Shown here in pieces: positions 38,644 to 50,290 of a stretch of DNA of 64,000 nt; the stretch's first letter is position 1, and the number at the start of each line of letters is the position of its first letter. The notes under the pieces are model-generated. The model saw only the letters and a program-made list of their open reading frames with translations. It had not been told where the DNA came from and did not search any database. The DNA is from Sphyrna mokarran (lineage: Eukaryota): assembly GCA_024679065.1 (NCBI GenBank), contig JAGIQG010000001.1, forward strand, positions 126,046,001 through 126,110,000. The letters are read 5' to 3'. The position numbers and the translations under genes were made by a program.

Positions 38644-39557
38644 TGTCAGCAGAAAACAGTTCCTCACTGGTGCAGGAAATGCAGACAGGCTTCAATAGCG
38701 TACTACTGATCCACTGAGAAATAAATAAAATGTAATTTTTCCATAGTTATTTCTTTCACTAATTACAAAAAATTCAGAAAAGATAATGCTAAAAGATAAG
38801 AACCGAGTTCAAACTCTGTCCTCTTCCCAACTATTGGCAGCATTGTAGACATATGGGGTGCCAGTTCCACCACATTCCTACCAGTTTGATTTCAAGCACA
38901 GAAAGTTTGGCCATCACAAAGGAATGGACTCCCATTTGTTACCTGGTTATTCCTATTTCAAGCTCTGGTTACTTTTGGGGGATTCCTTTAAATCTTCTTG
39001 CTGACCCCAAGGGAAATGTCAGTAGATTTGGCACTTTTCAGATCCAAAAGTGATGGCCTTGGGCATTATATATGGTGAGCAATAATCTGATTGGAGTAGC
39101 CATTTACCTGCAGGATAATATTAACGTGCCCTTTCTCAGTATAAAGCTTGCAGTGAGCAAATGCCTCATGCCCTATTATTGAGATTGCTAATAAGGCCAA
39201 CCTTAAAATGTGTGTAGATATAGGAATCCCAACCCGTGTAGTAACCAGTGAAATGATCCTGCAGTAGGAAGTAGTAAAGAACTCATTAGTGGATTTCTCA
39301 ACCAGCATGTCAAGAAAAGGAAACTTGTTAGACTACTCACTTCTGGATAGTTCAATCTCTCCTCCGATTCAGAAAGCTGCACTCATCCTCTAATAATCAG
39401 CACACTTCCAACTCTTTTGTCTATCTCTAGTTTCACTAAGCTGACACTGCCCTCGGTTTCTCCAAACTCTAGTCTTGTTTATTTCTCAGTGGATCAATAG
39501 CATTCCAATGAAGCCTGTCTGCATTTCCTGCACCTCTGAGGAACTGTTTCATAAACA
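38644..39557. repeat. About 0.9-kb segment bounded by about 75-85-bp imperfect inverted repeats
   Basis: AAACAGTTCCTCA..GGTGCAGGAAATGCAGACAGGCTTCA...TGATCCACTGAGAAATAAA at about 38654-38725 recurs reverse-complemented at about 39478-39549. Confidence 0.8.
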
Positions 39558-40707
39558 GCTCCCGGAAATTCTCTGAACCCTAACTGCCTGGCACAGAACC
39601 AGTGAACTTCTGTCACCTTCTCAGCTCCCCAAGACATCTCTGAGCTCTCACTGCCTGGTGTCTGTTAGCAGCTTCTAGGACCTGCCAGTGAGCTGCAAAC
39701 CACACAAAGTCCAAACTTCAATCAAAACACTCCCCCAGCAAACATACAGAAAAATTGAAGTCAGAGAATCTTTTTAAGCTCTGTGATTTCAGGACTCATT
39801 GAAAGCTTTTCAATTAATTTAGCTCTAACTCCACCCAAAAAATTCTCTCTGGATTATCCCCTTTGTAGGCACTGTGGACAGTGGAAATTTCCCATAATTT
39901 GTCAGACTGTCTTAAAAATATATAACTTGTGCCCATAAATTAACAGATATCTATCCGAGAGAAATGTTATATTTACCTGTATGAGCTTGCTTGCCTAAAT
40001 AGGGTTATTACTAAAGGGGTTAAAATTACTGAGTACAGCACAGTTCACTGGGAAACTGCTGTGAAGGTGTTTCTGTACAGTTCCCACAGTTGCAGATGGG
40101 CTGCACAAACAAACTGAACAATAGACAACATAGGAACTCTGAGAACCACAAGAAAATAGCCATAACTGCAGCTGTGGAAATTTGGATGATATAGCCATGT
40201 AGGTGTACTTTATTGGTAATTAATTATTGTAATTAGGCAAGCATAAAGTTGCTGTAATTGATTAAATATTATTGTGGGAAACAAATGAAGTAATCACAAT
40301 TATTAGTTGGCATTAAATATTAATTACTGTGTACAATTTCCATAGAATAATAGAATCTTTACCATGCAGAATGGGGCCATTTGGCCCAGCAGGTCTGCAT
40401 CACCTGTCCAAAATAGCATCTCACCCATGTATCTGGAATTGTGACGTAGCAATATCTATGAGAATTTAATATTTAATATAATTTCCTAACCATCTCTTCC
40501 TCATGACGATAACCAAGTTCTATCAAAGGAGCTGTGTTGAGTTTCTGCAGTGCATCTTCCACATGGTACATAATGTAGTTAGTGTATACAACAGTGGTGG
40601 AGGAAGTGAATGCTGAAGAGTGAATGAGGTTTGACCAAGTGGGCTATATTTGTCCTGGTTGGCATTGAGCTCCTTGGGTGTTTCTGGAGCCACAATTATC
40701 TGAGTAA

Positions 40708-41018
40708 TTTTTTTTGTCTTTATTCCAATTCAATCCAACCAAGTCCAATTCAGAGTCTCAACAAATTGAGACATTCCTGATCCAAGCTGAGAACACAGGG
40801 TTCTCACCTCCTGTTTTGGGCTTGATCTACATGGTCCAAGCTGATTGGAATAGATATAGCTCCTCCTCCAAGGCTTGATCTCATTTGCATCTTAGCCAAA
40901 AGGCTGAAATACCACTTTTAAAAATTGCTTCAAATGAAGTTAAAATGTAACCTAATGACTTAATGAAATACAGCATGTCAATACTACACTTGATCTTAGC
41001 AAAAGGCTGAAAAGCAAT
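40708..41018 (-). mobile_element. U2 snRNA-headed SINE-like element, copy A
   Basis: Minus strand begins ATTGCTTTTCAGCCTTTTGCTAAGATCAAGTGTAGTAT (35/39 to remembered vertebrate U2 nt 1-39). Second U2 segment at 40889-40907. Ends in AATAAA plus an A tract. Confidence 0.8.
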
Positions 41019-41119
41019 TCTTCAGTCTGACTCTGAGATGTTATCAGGGTTAATTCCTTTGCTACTTGCAGCCATTTCCTGATATCATGTAAAGAAAATA
41101 GAATTGGATGGAGATAGCT

Positions 41120-41425
41120 ATTGGTCTTTGACCTTTTGGCTGAGATTGGGTATAGTGTTGATATGCTGTGCTTGGTTGAGTCATAAGGTTACATTTTAGC
41201 TTCATTTAGCTTCACAGTAGCATCTGGGCCTTTTGGCTAAGATGCAAATGAAATCAAGCCTTGGAGGAGGAGCTATGCCTACTCCAATCAGCTTGGTTCA
41301 TATAAATTAAGCATAGGACAGGAGGTGAGAGTGACGTCTTGTCAGCTTGGATCGGGAATGTCTTAACTTGTTGAGACTTTGAGTTGGACTTGATTGGATT
41401 GAACTGGAATAAAAATTAAAAAAAA
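41120..41425 (+). mobile_element. U2 snRNA-headed SINE-like element, copy B
   Basis: Colinear with copy A over the full length. Degenerate U2 head, internal GGCCTTTTGGCTAAGAT at 41227-41243, AATAAA plus A tract. Confidence 0.8.
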
Positions 41426-41829
41426 TCTGTTTGTGCAAAATCCTCATGTGATGAGTCATCCAGATACAAGTGGGCCTTAACCAGGCCAGATTGAAGCATG
41501 GTTTTGTTTGCCTGCTCACTGGAGAGTGATGAATTCTGCTGCCAAGGGCTCAGATGAAAACCTCAGTGGGGCAGCAAATTGGAAACTGCTAAATGAGCAT
41601 CCACACCAAGATGCTGAGTGCACTGACTGAGTTGCCAGTCAGCCTCTATAATTGTAAGGGAGCATGGAGGAGTCTGGCTGCAACCAAGTGAAGGACATAT
41701 CACAGAGCTTGCCCTTTCTGCAGTCTATGCATCATCTCCCTGTCATGATGCAGACCCAGATACTGCCATTTCTGCCCCCATATTTGTTTTCTCCTGAGAG
41801 CACAGAATGCCAAAAGAAGATTTCATAAA

Positions 41830-41960
41830 AACTCTAAAGAGTCATATGGACTTAAAGTTTACTGTTTCTCCCTCCACTGATGCTGCCAGACCAGTGTTTT
41901 TCCAGCATCTTTTGTTTTTATTTCAGATTTCCAGCATCTGCAGTATTTGGCTTATATTAT
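41830..41960 (+). mobile_element. Short Penelope-pLTR-like repeat (second family); related copies at about 18570-18670 and 59775-59900 on the opposite strand
   Basis: Shared GATGCTGCCAGACC...TTTCCAGCAT...TTTCAGATTTCCAGCATCTGCA, preceded by a decayed hammerhead-like segment. Confidence 0.5.
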
Positions 41961-42054
41961 AGAAAGTACAGCATTTTAAACCATAAAGTAAATAAAGAAC
42001 TGTTTTCCAATGGCATAGTGTGGAATAAGACCTCACCCTATATTTTTTAAATAA

Positions 42055-42475
42055 AATGCAGTAGTTAGCATTGCTGCTCTCAACACCAGGGATTTGGGTT
42101 TAATTCTGGCCTTGGGTCACTGTGTTTGTGGAGTTTGCACATTTTCCCCATGTCTATGGGTTTCCTCCCACTGTCCAAAGATGTGCAGGTTAGACCTTCT
42201 CTAAGGCAAACCAAATTAACCAACTTAAATTAACTCAGGAATAAAGTAGAAGGGGCAAAAAAAAAGCTCCCCAAAAAGGAGGAACAGTCCAAACAGAAGT
42301 ACAAAGGAAACTTAAAACTTCAAATCATAACGTGATTATAAGGGCCTACAATGCACGCCAGCTCCTGTGGTGCCCAATGAACGTGGAAGGCATGTATGGG
42401 TTAGGTCGATGGGCTATGCTAAATTGATCCTAGTGTCAGGAGATTAGCAAGGTAATATATGTGGGGTTACATTGA
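42055..42475 (+). mobile_element. HE1-like SINE split by a Tx1-like LINE 3' end (42194-42391, minus)
   Basis: The insert encodes AFHVHWAPQELACIVGPYNHVMI* on the minus strand and is flanked by ATGTGCAGGTTAG / ATGTATGGGTTAG. Confidence 0.65.
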
Positions 42476-43559
42476 CAAGTCTAGTTAGCACAGGAAATCC
42501 TTTTGGGTCTCACCAAAATAAATTCTGAATTCCCAAAAATGAAATAGTTAAATTCAATATTTTCTAACAACCAGACTTCCTGTATTTATCACAAAATGGC
42601 AATCACACATGGCTCAAAACTCCTGATTGGAGTCAGTACCCAAGCGTAAATCTGATCAGACAGAAAACTCACTTAGATTTACTTACATATAGAACATAGA
42701 ACACTACAGCACAAACAGGCCCTTTGGCCCACACGTTGCATTGATCATATCCATACCCATCAGGTCTATCTAGAACTTTCAATCCCATTAAATCCCATGT
42801 ACTCATCTTTTCAAAATTTGAAAATTATTCCTTTCTCAGGGTTACAAAGCCAATACAGAGTGGACAGGGCAAGCCCTTAATCCATTTCCTTTTTTGGTCC
42901 AAAAACCTGTTCAAATTCAAATTAAATCTAATACAGGATTGCCATAAAAGAGACATACTAAATTCAAGCTGACAAGAACAGTCATTACACCTGATCTCAG
43001 TTTAAAAAAAAGGCAAAGTTGTGAAGAGGTTCTGACTTTCAAAGAGGATCCTACAGAACTCTCTCAGGATAGCAATTCTTGCAGAGACTATTGAAGCAAA
43101 TCTGTATAGTAGCCCTGCTCCTTTTTATGGCCCTCAGCGCCGCATTCTGCAAGTGTTTAAAAGTCCCCAAGAATCTCAGTACGTTAGCAAATGAGTGTAT
43201 GAATGAATGGTGTGGCTCTTTAAACTGATAGATGGATGGAATGAGTGGGGATAATTAGAAAATCAGGTCAGAAATGTGACAGGAATCATGGGGATAGTTG
43301 AGAGATGGGGTGAGTCAGATGAGGGAAATTATGGGGGATCCTGGGGGCCAGATGGTAATCGGGGAGTTTAAGGTTTTCCCGTTGTTGGGCTGTTAATTTT
43401 GAGCTATTTGTTAAAATCCAAAACGTGAAATTGGTTGAAGTAGAAATTCTTATCATGGTTTCATAATTTATTTCATGCAAATTAGGAGGCGTGTCAGAAT
43501 TGTAAGAAGTTTTGTCTTTTAATGTGGAAAATTTGCAGAGTCCCTTAATATATCAGGGA

Positions 43560-44420
43560 GGGAGGATTGTGTTCAAGTCTGACCTACTCGGAAGTACAGG
43601 ATTAAAAACCTGACTGGGAAAGTGAGTTGCCAGGTTCAACAGCATGTGGCACAGTCTCCAAAAATAACGACCATGCAACCGGCTGTAAGCGATCAAACAA
43701 CACTGGGGAAAGAAGGAACATCCCGTGACAGCGCTTGCAAAACTTAACAGCAGAACCGAGTGTAGCATTTGAGCAGGTTTTGTGGTTATGGAGAATACAG
43801 CGTGGGGTGATGCTCTCTCTGGGAAGGATTTCCTTTTGTACACCATCGAGGAGGAAAGGTCGAGCCTGACCTCCGAAAGCAATCCCCAGGAGGTGGGAGA
43901 ACCAGGAAGCGACCCTGACAGCGAGTTCCTGGATCAGACAGGAATCAGTCACCCAGACATGGTACCGAACTCAACCGGTAATACATAGATGTTTTAATGC
44001 ATTTTTCTTTAAAGATTGTTTATTAATTTCTTTGCTAATAACTAATAGGATGTGTGTGTGTTTATTTAAAAAAAATTCGTGGAATCCAATCCTTACAAAA
44101 AAATTAACGTTATTTTAGCACACTTGTGTACTTTAGGAATGATAGAATACAATATAATGCAGGCCATGAATAACTGCAACTCTGTGTTCTGACTGAAGTT
44201 ATTAATGTAACTAGAATCAGTTGAGGATTTAAACCACCCCGCCGCCCCCCCCCCCCAACAATCACCTGACCACCAATCCTCATTCGCAAACTTTAACCTG
44301 AGTCTCCACACCTTGCTGCTTAACTGGTTACCTCCGATTTGAAACTGTTGAAATGCTTTCTTGGAAATTTTTCACTTCACAACAATTGACTTTTGCTTTG
44401 AGTTGCTCAGGCGGCGGGAG
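43560..44420 (+). promoter_or_regulatory. CpG-enriched region, putative SH3TC1 promoter/first exon
   Basis: Locally elevated CpG and GC-box-like CCCCGCCGCCCC around the MEN-start exon. Confidence 0.55.
43788..43977 (+). CDS. SH3TC1: SH3TC1 first coding exon (MENTAWGD...MVPNST, phase-1 donor)
   Basis: ATG GAG AAT start (human protein starts MEN), open acidic frame, G|GTAATA donor in phase with the exon at 58531. Confidence 0.65.
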
Positions 44421-46159
44421 GTGGGGTGCTGTTGCTCACAAAGCGCTTTACCCTTCTAAAACTATGATTGCTGTTAATTTTTCTAATTAGTTCAGTCATT
44501 TTTACATGGAATTGAAATACGACCGTTGGGGTTTCGTTTGTTTTTTTTTGTCACTTTTCCTTGAAAATGGGCCTGTTCTGATCTGATATTTTGCCCTGGT
44601 GTCTGTTGACTCCCTGATAATGTTAAATAGGAGCCCTCAAATTTGATTCTTTCTCTATGTCAGTACAGTAGTTTAAAAATCTAACCCCTAAAAAGATGAT
44701 TTAAGACTTTCATCTCACTTATATTGACCTTGGAATTTTCAACAGTTCTTCCTTTTTTGGAGCAAGAAAATATTCATTTTCTTCTTACTTTGAAGAAGTA
44801 ATTGCACAATTGTCATTATTTTGTGCTTATCTTCAGTTTTAATATTTGCATGTGTAAATATCCTGATTTCTGTAATAATTTTACTATTATAGTACACCTG
44901 TACTTTATGGAATTTAAGTTTATATATTAGTGTCGCAAGTTGGCTTACACTACAACTGCAATGAAGTTACAGTGAAGACCCCTTTTTCATCACACCCTGG
45001 CACCTGTAGTGTAAATTGGTACTTCCACCAGTATTTGGGAACATAAGAATAGGCCATTCAGCCCTTAGGGGCTGCTCTGCTATTCAATGTGATAATGGCT
45101 AAATATCCACTTCAGGGCTTTTTTCTCACGCTATCTCCATAGCCTTTTGTCATTGATATTTAGTAGTCTGTCAATCTTTGCTCTAAAAATATTCAGTGAC
45201 TGAGAATTCCAAAGATTCTCAACCATCGGAGTAAAAAAATTTCTCTCCATTTTGGACTGAAGTGGCTTCGCCTTTATTTTGAAATTGTGTTCTGATTTTC
45301 CAATCAGGGGAAACATCTTACCTAAAACTACCCTGTATTTTGTAGGTTTCAATTAGATTACTTCTCATTCTTTAAAATTCTAGAGATACAGGGTAATTGG
45401 TAAAATTAAATATCTTGCTACCTTTTATCAGAGTCACCAGATGCAACTATTGTAAAAACACAAGTCACTCTTCACAAGATCCTCTAAATATAGTGGCAAG
45501 AAAAGTGGTCCAACTGTAGCATCCTCTCCCAAGCCAAAATGCTTGGGATCAAGCTACTATTCACTCAAAATAAGCTCTGCTGGGAAGAGCATACCAGTTT
45601 TTGCTTGACAATGGGTCCTGAAGCAACAGCTCTATTTGTAACTTGGCCATAGAAAGAGAACTATGTAAATCCTTCAGGGGCATTCCCGAAGAGGCCAACC
45701 ACGAGTCCCTGGCTTGTGACCAATCAAAATAGAGAAGGTTTATCTGGGAAGGCACCAAGAGATTTCACCTGGGACATTCAAAGATAAAGTCAAGGTATTG
45801 GAGAGAATGCACAAACCTCCAAACAATTCACCTACCTGACTTTACAGGCACACCTGACCTACATGTGGCAGAGTCTGCCACCTCAGAACTAACCAAGTGG
45901 AGCTTGGGAGCAAGCCATCCTCAATCCCAAGGGGATGCCTAAGAAAGAGAAGAATGGAAAAAGATCTAAACAGAAAATGTCTGTTAGCAATGGAACTGGA
46001 ATGTATTTTAGTTCTCTCATTTGTACATGTAGCACATGTTTGTAAGTGAAGGATGCATATTATTTGTCACTAGCAAATATAGTGAGTGGTGCACTTCTGC
46101 TGGAAATGTATGTATAGTTTCTGCAGCAAAAACAGCAGGCTGGAATGACATTGACAACT

Positions 46160-46690
46160 GTGACTTTTTTTATTCATACATGGGACATGGCTGTTGCTGG
46201 CTGGCTAGTATTTTTTAGTTGCCCTTGAGAAGGAAATCGCTACAGTCCATGTTCTGTGGTTTGACCCACAATGCTGTTAGGGAGGGAATTCCAGGATGTT
46301 GACTTAGTGACTGCAAAGCAACAGTGATATATTTCAAGTCACTTGAAAATGTGAGTGACTTGGAGGGAAACTTGCAGGTGGCGGTGTTCCCATTCATCTG
46401 ATGTCCTTCTAGATGGAAGTAGTTATGAGTTAGGAAGATGCTGTCTAAGGATCTCTGGTGAATTGCTGTAGTGAATCTTGTAAGTAGTATACATTGCTGC
46501 TACTGAGTGTCTGCTATGGAGGGATTGAATGTTTGTTTGTAGATGTGATGCAAATCAAGCAGCCTGCTTTATCCTGAATGGTGTCAAGCTTTTTGAGTAT
46601 TATTGAAGTTGCATCCCTCCAGGCAAGTGAAGAGTATTCCATCACATTCCCGACTTGTGCCTTATAGATGGTGGATAGGCTTTGAAATAA
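46160..46690 (-). mobile_element. CR1-clade LINE 3' fragment
   Basis: Homologous to 34410-35080. Confidence 0.7.
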
Positions 46691-47012
46691 AGATGGGGGT
46701 TACAATTTTACATGATAAAAGAATTTTAGCATTTCACTGCAAATTGGGGATCTGTTCTCAAAAGAAACATGGGGCATAAGGTGCTTGTTGTCCAGTTCTC
46801 TTTGCCCTCATCACGTGCAAAATATAACCCATCTTTTGTCTTTCAAGTGCTGCTGGATCTACTTTATATATTCTGATTTGATTTTGAGACATTCCATAGC
46901 TTTCCTTTTCAATATTTATTATTAGGATATCAATTATAAACTATTTGAAGGTCTGTCATTTCTTGTACACTTTGTACTCCATTCACAAGGAGGACTGGCA
47001 AAAACTTTAATA

Positions 47013-47016
<4 letters not shown>

Positions 47017-47046
<30 letters not shown>
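47017..47046. repeat. (TA)n microsatellite
   Basis: Perfect AT dinucleotide run of about 30 bp. Confidence 0.95.
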
Positions 47047-47048
<2 letters not shown>

Positions 47049-47139
47049 GCTCACTCTAGCATCATGCTGTATATTAAGAAAACAATGACATGAGAAAAGA
47101 CTATTATCATTATAGTAGCCTTGTTCTGTTTGAATGGAG

Positions 47140-47485
47140 TATCTCCTAGGATAATACAGTGCTTGGCACTACTGCTATGCAGAGACCCAGATTCAATTCT
47201 GGCATTGGATGACTCTGTGTGGAATTCCACACATTCTTCCAGTGTCAGCTTAGGTTTCCTCCACTTGTTCCAGTTTCCTCCACAGTCCAACGAAGTGCAG
47301 GTTAGGTGAATTGCCTATGGGTAAATTGTTTCTTAGTATCCTAGGATGTCAAGGTTAGATGGATTAGTCATAGTAACTGTGAGAGTTTGCAGGGCAGAAG
47401 GCCTTCCTGGGTAAGATGCACCATCAGAGTTGGTGCAGACTCAATGGACCAAATAGTTTCTTCTGCACTGTAGGGATTCTGTGAT
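47140..47485 (+). mobile_element. Degenerate HE1-like SINE
   Basis: Central domain and CTGCACTGTAGGGATTCT tail. Confidence 0.8.
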
Positions 47486-49339
47486 TTAGGAAAGAGCTAG
47501 AGAAGGATGGAGCATGCAAAAAATTTTGAACAAGAAGATTCGGAGCAAAAAAAAATGTTTAGAAGGAAGCAAATGAGAGAGAGAATAGGATTGGGGGAAT
47601 TTAATCCCCTGATGCTACTTGAAGTAATGGCGCTGTGCTGATAACATAGATTTCTCAGGGGTGGGTAACTGTAAGCTGCAACACAAATATCACAAATCTG
47701 GCTGCCTGTAGGTGAATATCTGAGTCTTGGGATTTGCTCAATGTTAGCAACATTGTTATAAAGCATATTGCACTTATGTAGGAAAGCAATACTGCATTTT
47801 AGTGCAATAATTCTTGTTCAGATAGAGGATTCTTTGGTTTACAAGAATTTTGATATTTTAAGCTATATGTGCTCTTGCTTTGATGAGGATGCCACTCAGA
47901 TTCGGATTGCTGCTAGAACCTGTACTATGCCCAGTTAAGGAGTAGTAAGAGACAAAGAAAATACTTAGAAATTTAAAAGCTGATAATAGTGAACTAAATT
48001 TACTAAATATAAGAAATATTACACAACAGCAAACCTGCTAGGTACTTGATCAAGTATAGTGTAGGGGCAATTTTCTAACGTATACTTAGAATTCTCTGAA
48101 TCGAGGAATTTATTGCTTGGGTAAACAAAGTCCAAATACAGTAAAGGGCTGTTATAAATAGATTATGACATTATATATGCCGCTGTATTCTCTCTGGCAG
48201 TTAGTAGAATTTATGTGGACCTAAATCCAAGCTTACAAAATAAGAAGCACTGCTGAAATCCTCTAAGTGTTACTTTCCCTTTTTCCCTGCCCTCACTCCT
48301 TTGTCATTCTTACACTCGTTCTCTAACTCCCTCTTTACTCAATTTGTCATTGGTAAAAGAGAATTAATGTCCAGAAATGTGAAAGGGTTAAAGTGAAAGA
48401 AGTGATGTAATTGCTGGTGAATGATATTTGAATTTGCTTAGTAAACAGGAAATTTTTGTTCTGTAGAAATGGAGTTCATCATTCTGATTTCAAGTTAATC
48501 ATCTGTATCCGTTGGGATAAGAAGCCAAAGTGCTCACCATCTAAGAGAGGGATGTGTATCCTCTTCCTGTAGTCAGCAAATTCTGAAAACGTTGTTCTGA
48601 CTGTGTTGAAAACTGAATTAATTCAGTTTTGAACTTTGCCTTTTCATTGAACGACATAGCAGATAACAGTGAAGGAGAAGCAAACATTTAGTTTGGCCAA
48701 TAATGGTTCAAAATGATCTAGATTTTTTCATATTTTAAAAGCCTCAATTCAGGGTCTTAAAAATTACTGAACAATCCTGGAATCAAACATACGGTAGAAC
48801 ACTAATTCTTGAATGTTCAGTCCATTACTAGATTTCCTGACATTCATGTTATAAACTATTCTGCTACTAAATCTTCTTATTATCCCAGGTCGTGTGTTGT
48901 GTACTACCTGGCTGAAGTTTTAATAGAAACATTGTAATTAAAGTGCCAAGGCACACAAACATGCTTTCCTTCTCCCTTCCCCCTCAAATTGTATTTGATT
49001 TGAACTGATGCCCAATGACGACTTAGCCGTTCGCTATAGTTATATGTAGGGCAAAGTAAAGAAAAACCTGATGGTTGACATTCCTGTGGTTACTATGCAG
49101 CAATGCTAATTATTCATAAAAATCCTCCTAGTCAGTTACCTTTTGACAGTGTTTGGGGAAAAAAAGCACTGGCTCATCTCATTGGAATAATGCAGTGTTT
49201 TGCACTATTAACTTTTTTATTTTAATAACTTTACAGTGTTAAATTTAAAAAAAAATGCACCAATTGTTTTGTATTTAAACCACCCTACGTAAAGTTGTAA
49301 GTACATAATGGAAGCTGAAAATCCAAACTAACAATCTGA

Positions 49340-50290
49340 AATGAGCAACAAAGAAATAAGAGCCAAAATAGGCTAATTGGTTGTCGAGCCTGCTCCACCA
49401 ATCAATAAGATCAGAGCTGATCTTCAGCCTCAACTTTACCATCCTCATATCCCTTGATTCTTTTAGAACTCAGAGGTCTAGCTAAACTTGTTTTGAATTC
49501 CTCATAATTTCAGTCATAAATGGCTTGCCTCTTAAACAAAACTGCAACTTTTAGCTCTAGACTCCCCAGACCAAGAAAACATCCTCCCAGTATTTATCCT
49601 ACCAAGCCTCTTAACAATTTTATTTCTATCAGGTCATGTGATTCTTCTTAACTCTTGGGACTTTGGATCTGATCTGTTCAATTTCTCCTCATAGGACAAG
49701 TCACTAGACTGATTTCTGGGTTGAGTGAACGTTCATTTCAGTCTCTTTAAGCATGTATATCCTTCCTCAGATAAGGAGATCAAAACAATATATTGTATTG
49801 CAGATGTAGTCTCATCCAAGACTCTCCATGATTGTAATAAGATTTCCTTACTCTTATGCTCCAATCCCAAAGGCTATTGTACCTTTCCTTTCTGTATTTG
49901 CATGGTAATTTTCTGTGATTCATATACAAGTACATTCGAGAGTCTCTGAATACTAATTTCTCAGTGTCTCCCAATTTAAAACACACTCAGCTTTTTTAAA
50001 AAATTTTGTTTCTATAGGAAACCATTCTAAAATCTAGGAATTTTGGAAGGTCAAAACCAATATATCCATTATCCTTGCGATTAACTCTTTAAATTCCTAG
50101 GTTGCAAACCATTGATTTTTAGTCCCATTTAGTTTCTCCCATATTATTTCTTTACTTGTATGAATTTCTTTGTTTGTCATTCTCTCTCTCTCTAGACCTT
50201 TAGTAGCCCATTACTTCCAGTATGTTGTTTTTGTCGTCTTTTGTGAAGTTATACGAAGTATTTGTTTAATGCCCCGTCACTTTGTCCCCA
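49340..50290 (-). mobile_element. Old CR1 fragments
   Basis: Similar to other minus-strand CR1 3' ends in the window. Confidence 0.6.

Noticed and set aside
40981-41018. Functional U2 snRNA gene
   Set aside because: Only nt 1-39 match. No stem II, Sm site or 3' stems, and there are CpG-decay substitutions and a deletion.
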